Shown one piece after another: positions 1 to 21,829 of a stretch of DNA of 64,000 nt. The notes below the pieces were generated by a model. The model had not been told where the DNA came from and did no database searches. It worked only from the letters and a program-made list of their open reading frames with translations. Origin of the DNA: the human T2T-CHM13v2.0 reference genome, Homo sapiens; NCBI RefSeq assembly GCF_009914755.1, contig NC_060937.1; one strand, given 5' to 3'. Within the stretch, counting starts at the first letter, position 1. Each line of letters opens with the position of its first letter. The translations under genes and the position numbers were made by a program.

Positions 1-489
1 TTTCAACAAAAGTTTTCAACTTTTTTCTTTTGCAAAAATATGTGCCAGCTATGAGATTGTAAGCTTTATAGTTATACATAGATGTTTTTATTTATAATCT
101 TTCTCCTGCAAAACAGGATTAGAGAAAGTGAAGCAAAAAGAACATGTAATAAGATGAATAATGAATAGAAAAATAAATTGCTCTAAAGACAAAGGAAACT
201 ATAAAAGGTAGATGACTAGAACTGTTTAGCAAGAAGAGACCTCATTCTTTCCATCAAATAGTGTGGTGTAATTAGCACAATGCACCTAATGGTTAATGAA
301 TACATATTTGTTGAGGATATCATTAATAAACAACATGACCAATGAAAAACTAGTGAAAAAGATTTTTACTCTTCAGGAAGTAACTATTAGATAGGTATTG
401 TACATTCCATCTTTAAAAGGTAGAGGAAAATATATATTGATCTGACCCATAAACGCAACGGGAAGACACAGAGTAACAATTATTGCCGG

Positions 490-1750
490 TGAATTTCAGC
501 TCTCAGTCTATCTACCAACCTGTGTCACCAGGAACCTTCTTCAGACCCGTGCATCCAACTGCTTATTTATCTTTTGCACCTGGATATCCCTCAGGTACCT
601 CCATTTAATTCATCTTCTTCCTCCAAACTGGTCAGCATCCAACCAGATCCAGAGAACTGTGAAGAGCTATTCTAGTCTCCACCCTTTCCCCTGTTGCTGA
701 TCCAGTTAAGAGGTCCAAAGAATGTAGTTGAGAGGACACCATCTCTGTATCTAGTAGCATTTAGTTTTAACCTCATCCCTTAACTTAAAATCGACATGGC
801 CTTCAGTAAGCGATTTACCTCCTCTGAATATCAATTGATAAAATAAAAAAAATTCCAAAATTAATTGTATTGAGGATTAAAATATCATGTCTGGTATATC
901 ACAAGCTCTCAATAAACAGTTGTAGTATTGTTATTCAAATTGGTACACAGGCCTATCACTTCTCCTTCCTTTTAGATCTTTTTTTCCCTCTGTTCTCGCC
1001 TCTGAGTGCCCCAACCCAATCTCTCTTCCTCTGTCACCTTTTTAGGAAATCCATCCCCACCCAACTCACCCCACCACTCCTCACATTCCTTACATTCCTT
1101 TCTCTCCTACCCTGGCCTCCACCACAGCTCCTCCATCCCCACCTGTAATCCAGCCTCTACACGACTATCAGGGCTGTGGTTCTGAAAAGCAAATCTTATC
1201 ATGTTGCACCTTACGACATCTTTGAATCACACCTACTTGTCTCATGATAAATTCTAAACTCTTCAGTTTTAGGCTGACCGTGACCATTTTTGGTCAGACC
1301 CTGTCCGTCTCGCCCTCCTAATTCTCATTTCTCTCTACCAAATACTCCACCCCTTGTTCTGAACAACGTGGTTCTGCTTTCATCTCTTCATACTTAAATT
1401 TTTTCCTAGACCCTTAACTTTGCTCACAATGTTCCTGCCATCTGGAATAGCATTTTCCCTGTTGGCCTAGAAAATTTGACTATTCCTTTGTGGTGGAATT
1501 CAGTCTTCACCTCCCCGTGAGTGACCTTCTTAGGACAAATTGACTGCATTTCATTTTGTAGTCTCACAGTTCATTAGGCAGTCTTCAAATGTCCAGTATG
1601 ACAGTGCAAGATATTTGTTGTTTATATGCATATTTCCCCCACTGGCTTTGAGAAACTTGAGGGATTGTTGTAGCCATTTGTATCCCCAGTGTGTAGATGC
1701 ATAGCATGCATCTATTTGTGTTTTGAATGAATGAGTGAATTAATGAATGA
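490..1750 (+). mobile_element. Degenerate LINE-2 fragments
   Basis: Pyrimidine-rich L2-like motifs (aaaagcaaatcttatcatgtt, gttcctgccatctggaatagc, tatccccagtg) ending in the L2-type (TGAA)n 3' tail at ~1725-1750; boundaries approximate and probably several pieces. Confidence 0.55.
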
Positions 1751-3389
1751 TGAGAAAGCAATGACCTATGTTTTGTCTCTACCTCTTACATTATAAATAG
1801 ACTGATTCAACTGAAGTTTCCAGTTCCTATTCCTTTTGCTGTTGTCATTGTATATGTTAGCAAAAAGCTTCATCCCTTTCAAAAATTTATTCTGTAATAG
1901 CAATAAATTCAGTGTCTTCTGGGAGCAACATTGTGCTCTCTCTCTCCCCGTTTTGCCTATTGCTACTTTGAAGAGTATGTGTTTATGACTTTATAGATTA
2001 ATTTGTTAAAGTGCACGTAATAGGAGCCCTGCTATTTCTTCATAAGTGGTTATGAAAAAATATTCACACTTGCTTATGTTTTGTGAACATCTATATGTGG
2101 TGGAGCACATGTTATTATAATCTTATTTTAAGTGGAAATATAGATTTAAGGATTTTCTTTTACTGTTCTTAATGTAAAGCTTCTAAATTAGATATACATA
2201 AGCACTCATCTAGAAGATAATGGAAGCATAAGCAAAACACAGAAAAAGACTTGCCAAGAACAAATTATAACTAACAAACAAGTGTTAGTTTTATTGCAAT
2301 ACAATTACTGAATTAGTACATGATAGAACAAAAGATCTATAACAAGTTTAGATGTCAGTAATTTATCGGACACGGGTTGTATACATTGTACCTACAAAAT
2401 TTTATCAAATAGTTTCTATTTCAAGAAATTTTCAGTTTATTCATGTTCAACACAAAAGTTAATTATACATGAAATATAAACTGAATGGAAAACACTGGCA
2501 TTGTATTTCCTGGCTTTCTGGGAAGAATGTGGGAGTAGGGTTAATACTGAAATGCAAGACAAAGCTCTTTTCTCCTCTCCTTGTTCCCAGGATAGAACAA
2601 AATACACACGGCCAAGAATGAGGAAAGTAGGACAAAACCCAGTGTAGTCAAGAGAGTTATGACCCTGAGGTGTGAGGTAAGATCTGGCCCTGGGAGTGTT
2701 GACTGACACTGCAGTATTTAGTGTCTAGACTGGAATGATTAGATATGAAGTGGGTTAACTTGGGGTCTTTAGAGATGGCGCTATTCCCAGAAAGATAAAT
2801 GAGATCCAGTCCTAGGACAAAAGGACAAGCATCATTGGTCAGAAAAAGAAAAAATGATTTAGAAAAAAAAGGAAAGAGAGAGAAAACGTAGAGGAGGAGA
2901 AGAAATCCCAAGGATGGAGACCAAAGGGTTTGCCAGACAGTCTGTTCCTTGGGAATGTGGGTTACATAGCAACCTGGAAGATGACGCTACTTCCAAGCCC
3001 AAGATTCTGTCTCCATGACTTAGCACACTAGTCATGAAGAAATAGAACACATCTTTCTCTTTCTAGATCTCATTCTCAGTTGAAGAACCGCTACTTATGG
3101 CCTGCTAGAGTGAAACTCATTTGTTCTAGGAATTAATGAAATTGGACCTGCTGGAGGCCTTTAATTATTATGTGGACATCAGAACTGATGAGGATTGATG
3201 TGGGTTATTTCAATAAAGTGTTATAAATAATTCATATATGAAAAATTTACTTTTTCTATTAATTTATAATTACATTAATATTGCATTTCAGTGTTGTTAT
3301 TCAAACTAAAGACCATGTCAGTTCTTAGACACAATCTCTCACTGTGTATTAATCTGAATAAGACATTGTAGTAACCACATATATATATT

Positions 3390-4670
<1,281 letters not shown>

Positions 4671-4733
4671 GTAGTATGCTGCCATCAGTAATTTTCCTTT
4701 CCCTTTCCATTGCCAGTGAGATCCAGTAGTTCT

Positions 4734-5039
4734 ATTTATTTATTTATTTATTTGAGATGTAGTCTCACTCTGTCACCCATGCTAGAGTGCAGTGGTGCAA
4801 TCTCAGCTCAACTGCAACCTCCATCTCACGGGTTCAAGCAATTCTCCCTGCCTCAGCCTCCTGAGTAGCTGTGATTACAGGCACCCACCACCATGCCCAG
4901 CTGATTTTTGTATTTTTTTAGTAGAGAAGGGGTTTTGCCACGCTGGCCAGGCTAATCTTGAACTCCTGACCTTGGGTGATCCACCCTCCTCAGCCTCCCA
5001 AAGTACTAGGATTACAGGCATGAGCCACTGTAGCCAGCC
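4734..5039 (-). mobile_element. Alu (S/J-type), full length, (TAAA)n tail
   Basis: Antisense Alu dimer from tgagatgtagtctcactctgtcaccc to ggcatgagccactgtagccagcc, with (TTTA)n at 4734-4753. Confidence 0.95.
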
Positions 5040-5424
5040 AGATCTAATATTTCTTAATGGAAACTAAAACTTCACCTGTTACCACATTTTTCCACATATA
5101 TTTGTAATAAGTTCTGATGTCTGATAAGGCAAGTCTGACCCTCTGCATTTTAAAAAAATAATCAAGTTATTTATGAAAAATTATGCTCATTTTTTTTTTT
5201 TTTTAATTTTTTTTTTTTTATTATACTCTAAGTTTTAGGGTACATGTGCACATTGTGCAGGTTAGTTACATATGTATACATGTGCCATGCTGGTGCGCTG
5301 CACCCACTAACATGTCATCTAGCATTAGGTATATCTCCCAATGCTATCCCTCCCCCCTCCCCCGACCCCACCACAGTCCCCAGAGTGTGATATTCCCCTT
5401 CCTGTGTCCAAGTGATCTCATTGT

Positions 5425-9276
<3,852 letters not shown>

Positions 9277-9315
9277 TCATTAGTTGATGCAGTTTCTTCC
9301 TAGTCTCGATGGTCT

Positions 9316-10332
9316 TTACATTTTGGCATGATTTTGCAGCGGCTGGTACCGGTTGTTCCTTTCCATGTTTAGCGCTTCCTTCAGGAGCTCTTTTAGGGCA
9401 GGCCTGGTGGTGACAAAATCTCTCAGCATTTGCTTGTCTATAAAGTATTTTATTTCTCCTTCACTTATGAAGCTTAGTTTGGCTGGATATGAAATTCTGG
9501 GTTGAAAATTCTTTTGTTTAAGAATGTTGAATATTGGCCCCCACTCTCTTCTGGCTTGTAGGGTTTCTGCCGAGAGATCCGCTGTTAGTCTGATGGGCTT
9601 TCCTTTGAGGGTAACCCGACCTTTCTCTCTGGCTGCCCTTAACATTTTTTCCTTCATTTCAACTTTGGTGAATCTGACAATTATGTGTCTTGGAGTTGCT
9701 CTTCTCGAGGAGTATCTTTGTGGCGTTCTCTGTATTTCCTGAATCTGAACGTTGGCCTGCCTTGCTAGATTGGGGAAGTTCTCCTGGATAATATCCTGCA
9801 GAGTGTTTTCCAACTTGGTTCCATTCTCCACATCACTTTCAGGTACACCAATCAGACGTAGATTTGGTCTTTTCACATAGTCCCATATTTCTTGGAGGCT
9901 TTGCTCATTTCTTTTTATTCTTTTTTCTCTAAACTTCCCTTCTCGCTTCATTTCATTCATTTCATCTTCCATTGTTGATACCCTTTCCTCCAGTTGATCG
10001 CATCAGCTCCTGAGGCTTCTGCATTCTTCACGTAGTTCTCGAGCCTTGGTTTTCAGCTCCATCAGCTCCTTTAAGCACTTCTCTGTATTGGTTATTCTAG
10101 TTATACATTCTTCTAAATTTTTTTCAAAGTTTTCAACTTCTTTGCCTTTGGTTTGAATGTCCTCCCGTAGCTCAGAGTAATTTGATCGTCTGAAGCCTTC
10201 TTCTCTCAGCTCGTCAAAATAATTCTCCATCCAGCTTTGTTCTGTTGCTGGTGAGGAACTGCGTTCCTTTGGAGGAGGAGAGGCGCTCTGCGTTTTACAG
10301 TTTCCAGTTTTTCTGTTCTGTTTTTTCCCCAT
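9316..10332 (-). pseudogene. L1 ORF1: L1 ORF1 (338 codons) with one in-frame nonsense codon, R110*
   Basis: 1017 nt in a single frame; reads ...CRSLRS-TGA-CDQLEERVST-MEDEMNE... with TGA at 10003-10005 where the consensus has CGA (Arg); REKG, ARR and YPAKLS motifs are intact downstream. Confidence 0.95.
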
Positions 10333-11237
10333 CTTTGTGGTTTTATCTACTTTTGGTCTTTGATGATGGTGATGTACAGATGGGTTTTTGGTGTAGATGT
10401 CCTTTCTGGTTGTTAGTTTTCCTTCTAACAGACAGGACCCTCAGCTGCAGGTCTGTTGGAATACCCTGCCGTGTGAGGTGTCAGTGTGCCCCTGCTGGGG
10501 GGTGCCTCCCAGTTAGGCTGCTCAGGGGTCAGGGGTCAGGGACCCACTTGAGGAGGCAGTCTGCCCGTTCTCAGATCTCCAGCTGAGTGCTGGGAGAACC
10601 ACTGCTCTCTTCAAAGCTGTCAGACAGGGACACTTAAGTCTGCAGAGGTTACTGCTGTCTTTTTGTTTGTCTGTGCCCTGCCCCCAGAGGTGGAGCCTAC
10701 AGAGGCAGGCAGGCCTCCTTGAGCTGTGGTGGGCTCCACCCAGTTCGAGCTTCCAGGCTGCTTTGTTTACCTAAGCAAGCCTGGGCAATGGCGGGTGCCC
10801 CTCCCCCAGCCTCGTTGCCGCCTTGCAGTTTGATCTCAGACTGCTGTGCTAGCAATCAGCGAGATTCCGTGGGCTAGGACCCTCTGAGCCAGGTGTGGGA
10901 TATAGTCTCATGGTGCGCCGTTTCTTAAGCCGGTCTGAAAAGCGCAATATTCGGGTGGGAGTGACCCGATTTTCCAGGTGCGTCCGTCACCCCTTTCTTT
11001 GACTCGGAAAGGGAACTCCCTGACCCCTTGCGCTTCCCAGGTGAGGCAATGCCTCGCCCTGCTTCGGCTCGCGCACGGTGCGCACACACACTGGCCTGCG
11101 CCCACTGTCTGGCACTCCCTAGTGAGATGAACCCGGTACCTCAGATGGAAATGCAGAAATCACCCGTCTTCTGCGTCGCTCACGCTGGGAGCTGTAGACC
11201 GGAGCTGTTCCTATTCGGCCATCTTGGCTCCTCCCTC
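10333..11237 (-). promoter_or_regulatory. L1 5'UTR: internal sense promoter plus antisense promoter, CpG-rich
   Basis: YY1 site CAAGATGGCC intact (plus 11217-11226); RUNX3-type TGCATTTCCATCTGAGGTA; SOX-type AACAAA sites (~10661, ~10762); CpGs largely retained against a CpG-poor background. Confidence 0.9.
10788..10877 (+). pseudogene. L1 ORF0: L1 antisense ORF0, truncated to 29 aa
   Basis: ATG at 10788 gives MAGAPPPASLPPCSLISDCCASNQRDSVG then TAG (10875-10877); a 1-bp deletion (GGCGTAGGA to GGCTAGGA) creates the stop. Confidence 0.85.
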
Positions 11238-12136
11238 AATTATGCTCATTTTAGAATCAAATATTTTATTAAAATCAATGACCATATTAGATTTATTGGA
11301 AAAATAATGTAATTTAATATTAAATTATCACATTCATTAACATGACATAATTCTCCACTTATTTGGATTTCCTTTAAGATCAATTCCTAAAATTTTCTAT
11401 ATAGATGGTTTTAGGGTTTTTTTTTTTTATACCTTAAACTACAAGATACTTTATAGTGTCCCAATTTTTATTACAGTTTTACACCTTCAATTCAATTATT
11501 GCTGATATGGAAAAACTTTTTATCAATATCTATTTTAGATTTAGTGGGTACATATACAGGTTTTTTACATGGGATACTGCTTGATGCTGAGGTTTGGAGT
11601 ACAAATATTTCCATTAACCAGATGGTGAGCATAATATGGAACAGTTAATTTTTCAACCCTTGTCCCTCTCCTTCCCTCCCCCATCTAATAGTCTTCAGTG
11701 TCTATTGTTCCCACCTTTATATCCATGTGTACCCTATGTTTAGCTCCCACTTACAAATGAGAAATTACTGTATTTATCTATCTGTTTCTGAGTTAGTTCA
11801 CTTAGGATAATGGTCTCCAGCTACATCCATGTTGCTGCAAAGAACATGACTTCATTTTTTTTATGGCTGCATAGTATTACATGGTGTACCTACACCACAT
11901 TTTCTTGATCCAGTTCACCGATGAGGGACACCTGAGTTGATTCCCTTTCTTTGCTATTGTGAATAGTGCTGCAATGAATATACAGGTGCAAATGTCTTTT
12001 GGTAAAATGACTTATTTTCTTTTAGATATATACCCAGTAATGTGATTGCTGGGTCAAATGGTAATTCAGCTCTTATTTCTTTGAGAAATCTCCAAACTGC
12101 TCTCCACAGTAGCTGAACTAATTTACATTCCCATCA

Positions 12137-12350
12137 CACACAGGAAGGGGAACATCACACTCTGGGGACTGTTGTGGGGTGGGGGGAGGGGGGAGGGATA
12201 GCATTGGGAGATATACCTAATGCTAGATGATGAGTTAGTGGGTGCAGTACACCAGCATGGCACATGTATACATGTGTAACTAACCTGCACATTGTGCACA
12301 TATACCCTAAAACTTAAAGTATAATAATAAATTAAAAAAAACAAAACAAA
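12137..12350 (+). mobile_element. Short 5'-truncated L1 (3'UTR only, L1PA2/3-like)
   Basis: acacaggaaggggaacatcacac...G-rich tract...gatgatGAGttagtggg...cttaAagtataataataaa plus A-rich tail; carries the GAG/A (pre-human) diagnostics. Confidence 0.9.
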
Positions 12351-12510
12351 ACAGTGTACGTGTGTTCCCTTTCCTCCAAAGCCTCACCAATATCGGCTAT
12401 TTTTTTTTTTTTTTTTTTTTTACATTTTACCAAAAGCCACTCTGACTGGTGGAGGATATCTCACTGTGGTTTGGATTTGCATTTTTTTGCTGATTAGTGA
12501 TTATAAGCAC

Positions 12511-14830
12511 TAATATGGTTTGGCTCTGCGTCCCCACCCAAATCTCATCTCAAATTGTAATACCCAGGTATTGAGGGAGAGACCTGGTGGGAGGTGATTA
12601 AATCATGGGGGTGGTTTCCCTCATACTATTCTCATGACAATGAGTGGGTTCTAATAATATCTGATGGTTAAAAAGTGTTTGGCAGTTCCTAGCTCTCTCT
12701 CTGTCCTGCTGTCATGTAAGACATGGGCCTTGATTCCCCTTCACCTTCCACCATGATTGTAAGTTTCCTGAGGCCTTCCCAGCCATACAGGACTATGAAC
12801 CAATTAAACCTTTTTCCTTTTAAAATTGCCCAGTCTCAGGTAGTTCTTTATAGCAATGTGAAATGGACTAATATAGGAAATGGGTACCAGGAGTGTGGCA
12901 CTGCTATAAAGTTAACCTGAAAATGTGGAGGCGACATTGGAACTGGGTAATGGACAGAGGTTGGAACAGTTTAGAAGGCTCATAATAAGATAGGAGGATG
13001 TGGGAAAATTTCGAACTTCCTAGAGACTTGTTGGATGGTTTTGACTAACATGCTGATAGTAATATGAAAAGTGAAGTTCAGGCTGAGGTGGTCTCAGGTG
13101 GAGATAAGTAACTTACTGGAAACTGGAGTAAAGGTCACTCTTGCTATGCTTTAGAAAAGAGACTGGTGACATTTTGCTCTTCCCTAGAGATCTATGGAAA
13201 TTTGGACTTGAGAGAGATAATTTAGGGCATCTGGTGGAAGAAATTTCTAAGCAGCAAAGTATTCAAGCGGTGACCTGGCTGATTCTGAGAGCATTCAGTC
13301 ATACATGTTCGCAAAGAGAGTATCTGAAACTGAAACTTTTATTTAAAAGGGAAGAGAGCATAAAAGTTTGGAAAATTTACAGCCTGACCATGAGGTAGAA
13401 AATAAAAACCCATTTTCTGGGGAGAAATTCAATCCACCTGCACAAATTTGCATAAGTAAATGAGGAGCCAAATGTTAATAGCCAAGACAATGGAGAAAAT
13501 GTCTCCAGGGCATGTCGAGATCTTCACGACAGCCCCTTCCATCACTGGTTCAGAGGCCTTGAAGGGAAAAATGATTTCATGGGTCAGGCCCAGGGCCCTG
13601 CTACTCTGTGCAGACTCAGGACTTGGTGCCCTGCAACCCAGCAGCTCCAGCTGCAGATATAGCTAAAAGGGGCCCAGGTGCAACTGGGGCTGTTGCTTCA
13701 GAGTGTGCAAGACCCAAACCTTGGTGGCTTCCATGTGGGGTTGGGCCTGCAGGTATGCAGAAGACAAGGGAGCACAATGCCTAGATTTCAAAGGATGTAT
13801 GGAAATGCCTGGATGTCCAGGCAGAAGTCTGCTGCAGAGGCAGGGCCCTCATGGAGAACCTCTACTAGGGCAATGAAGAGGAAAAATGTGTAGGTTGTTT
13901 CTCCTAAACAGAGATACCACTAGGGCACTGCCTAGTGGAGCTGTGAGAAAGGGGCCACCATCCTCCAGACCCCACCAACAGCTTGCACATGCACCTGGAA
14001 AAGCCTCAGGTGCTCATTGCCAGCCTGTGAAAGCAGCTGCAGGGGCTGTACTCTGCAGAGCCACAGGGGAGGAGCTGCCCAAGGGCTTGGGAACCTAGTG
14101 TTTGCATTAGCATCCCTTGATGCAAGACATAGACTCAAAGGAGATTATTTCAAAGCTTTAAGATTTAATGACTGCCTCTCTGTATTTTGGATTTGCATGG
14201 GCCTGTCATCCCTTTACTTTGGCCAATTTCTCCAATTTGCAATGAGAATATTTACCCGGTGCCTGTACCCACATTGCATCCTAGAAGTAACTAATTTGTG
14301 TTTGATTTTAAAGGCTCATAGATGAAAGTGACTTCCCTCATCTCAGAGGAGACTTTGGACTTAGACTTTTGGGTTAATGCTGCAGTGAGTTAAAACTTTG
14401 GGGGATTCTTGGGAAGACATGATTGTGTTTTGAAATGTGAAAATGACCTGAGATTTCAGAGGGGGGCATGGGCAGAATGATATGGTTTGGCTCTGTGTCC
14501 CCACTCAAATTCCATCTCCTACTGTAATCCCCACGTGTTGAGGGAGAGACTAGGAGGGAGGTGATTAGATCGGTGTAGGGTGGGGTCCCCCATGTTGTTC
14601 TTGTGATAGTGAGTTCTTATTGTTTAAAAGTGTTTGACAGTTCCTACGTCACTCTCTCTCTCCTGCTTCTATGTAAGAAGTGCGTTGCTTCCCCTTCACC
14701 TTCTGCCATAATGTAAGTCTCATGAGGCCTCCCTAGCCATGCAGAACTGTGAGTCAATTAAACCTCTTTCCTTTATAAATTATCCAAACTCAGGCAGTTC
14801 TTTATATCTGTGTGAAAAGGGACGACTACA
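12511..14830 (+). mobile_element. THE1D-like MaLR provirus with two LTRs and internal region
   Basis: 5' LTR 12511-12875 and 3' LTR 14478-14830 (T(G/A)ATATGGTTTGGCTCTG...CAATTAAACC...); THE1-int-like start ggaaatgggtaccaggagtg; purine-rich tract before the 3' LTR; 5-bp TSD AGCAC (12506-12510) / AGCAG (14831-14835). Confidence 0.92.
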
Positions 14831-14999
14831 AGCAGTTTTTCATGCTTGTTGGCCACTTGTATGTCTTCTTTTGATAACTGTTTGTTCATATTTTTTGCTC
14901 ACTTTTTAATGGGGTTATTTGGCTTTTGATTGTTAATTTAAGTTCCTTATAGATTCTAGATATTAGACCTTGCATAGTTTGCAGATATTCATTTTGAAT

Positions 15000-15340
15000 A
15001 TTTGTGTGTGTGGTTGTTCATCACTTATTAACACCCTTGTAAAATTTGCTTATAAGTCCTGATGGCATTGTGTTTATTTGATTAGCCTTTTCTATGGGTG
15101 ATAACAGCATCTCCAAAAGGTAATAGATTGTATTTCCTTCCAAGTATTTATATCTGTTTTTTTTTCATCTTGTGAAATTTGCCAAGCTCTCCAATACTAT
15201 GCCCAGAAGAAGTGATATTGATGATCATCGTATCTTTTCCCTTAATTAAAGGGAATGCCCTAAAATAATTATATTAGTACATACAACAGACTTTTGGTAG
15301 GACTTATGAAGTTGAAGAAGTTCTCTTGTATTAAAAATTT
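15000..15340 (-). mobile_element. Ancient L1M ORF2 relic (host of the nested stack; other pieces at ~5070-5190, ~11240-11530, ~20200-20350)
   Basis: Degenerate antisense ORF2 motifs in collinear order (ctccaatactatg...aaagggaatgc...gttgaagaagttctcttgtatt), continuing after 20201 (gagtttttaac...ttttcaaatgtgtttctgcttctattg). Confidence 0.6.
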
Positions 15341-15351
15341 TATGAGTTTTT

Positions 15352-20200
<4,849 letters not shown>

Positions 20201-21829
20201 TATGAGTTTTTAACAAATAAATACTGGACTTTTTCAAATGTGTTTCTGCTTCTATTGCAATGCTGCCTAAATTTTCTCTTGAAGTCAAGTCTATGAATGT
20301 GTTGAATTAACTTGTTACATTTTCTTATGTTGAACCATCTATTTAGCATACATTTATGACCATAGCTTGTCTCCAGCTTTTCTCTGAGGTTACCCTGCCA
20401 CATTTGACAGATGTGTTTTCTTGCCTCATGATAGAAAATGAGGAGAAAATTAGGCACTGTTTTGCCCTGATACATACAAAAAAGGGAAAATAGTTTAGCT
20501 GCAAAATTTTCCATTCAGATCATTCTCTGTCTTTGGCATCTAGTCTACATCTTCTTCAGGTTACAGGTATCTTTCTTAGGGTTTCTTCTGGGTTTTGTGT
20601 TAGTTTCTGATTGTGGTGATGAAATTCACATGATAGACTGTAATATTCTTCCCAATTCTTTGCTGTTTCCCCCAAGAGGTTTACACTTAAGACTTTGACA
20701 TCATGCTAAATAATTTGACTTGTTTTATGCAATAAAATATGAGTGAATAAACCAAACTGGAATGATGATTAAACATGTGTCTAATTTATTTTTGTCATTT
20801 TAGGACACATGACAACATCTTAAATATATTAAAAAATTATTTTTAAAATTTGGATTGATGGCCATAAAAGGAAATAAGTCATACAAAGAAATAACCCTGG
20901 ATCTAAAATGCTTATTATGTTGTAGTATTCTTCATGAACCATCAAATATTATGTCTCTTTCACCAGACCAACATTAAAATTTGATGTTTTGGCTCTCAAT
21001 GTGTGGAAATCACCTACACACCTAAACTCACCCACGTTGTAAAATAATTTATTAGCAAGCATTTACAAAATCCAGATATTATGTGGAGTTGCATTATCTA
21101 TTGAGAATTCAATTTTCAGGGATTTTTCAGGGTCTGAAATGATGCTGAATCTTGAAATATCTGCAACAAAAGGGACATACATGGCAGTGAAGGAGCCCCA
21201 ACCACCTGCAGGAGTGTATCAATCCAGCTGCATATTGATATGATTAGACATAAGAGCTATTAAGTATCACAGATTTCAATCAGTGGAATAACTGTAAGAA
21301 AGGAAGAAGAAATTCTCTTTAGTGCAATATCTATAGAGGCCATTTCTTGTATATTTCACAAATCACAAGTTTCTTCATATTCCTTTATCTCATAATCCAC
21401 ATTCTAGCAATCTATTTTAGAATCGTTGGCGAATAGATGAAAAAGTGATAAATGACTTGGCATACCAGAGACATCTAAAAATGGAATTCATTCTGGGAAG
21501 AAATACTAGGGAAAATAAAAGCTAATTCCAGTCTCTGAACTCAGAAAAGATCAGGAAATAAAGGCCTCACATGCATTTTAAATGTCAGGGGACAGGATAG
21601 GACTTAAATGATAAGCTCTTCCAGAAACCCCTGTCATTTCAAAGATGTAGGTAACTACTTTTCTCCCCTGTTATAGGAGATGGGACGTGCACTCTCCAGA
21701 GGAACTGAATGGAAGGGAGAGTAGCTTGCAGAATACCAAGCACTGATCCTCCTGCCTCACAGTGGCATGGTCCTTAGTTACCTCCTTTGCTATATTCTGC
21801 CCTTTTATTTAAACTTTTAACAATGAAAA

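Larger units (their letters stand above)
11535..14990 (-). mobile_element. L1PA15/16-like 3' fragment, split by two later insertions
   Basis: 3'UTR type (tgatgctgaggtttggagtac...ttttcaacccttgtccctctcc); the sequence is continuous across 12136/12351 (cccatca|acagtgt) and across 12510/14836. Confidence 0.8.

Noticed and set aside
1694-1714. Small hairpins (tagatgcat-agc-atgcatcta; similar 7-8 bp stems near 2270, 27760 and 28180)
   Set aside because: Stems of 7-9 bp are expected by chance in 64 kb of AT-rich DNA
5100-5220. 3' transduction carried by the full-length L1
   Set aside because: The A-tail, interrupted only by TT, runs directly into the TSD, so there is no transduced sequence
13141-14325. 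Cluster of plus-strand ORFs in the THE1 internal region as a possible gag-like gene
   Set aside because: Short, in different frames and interrupted by stops; decayed MaLR internal sequence
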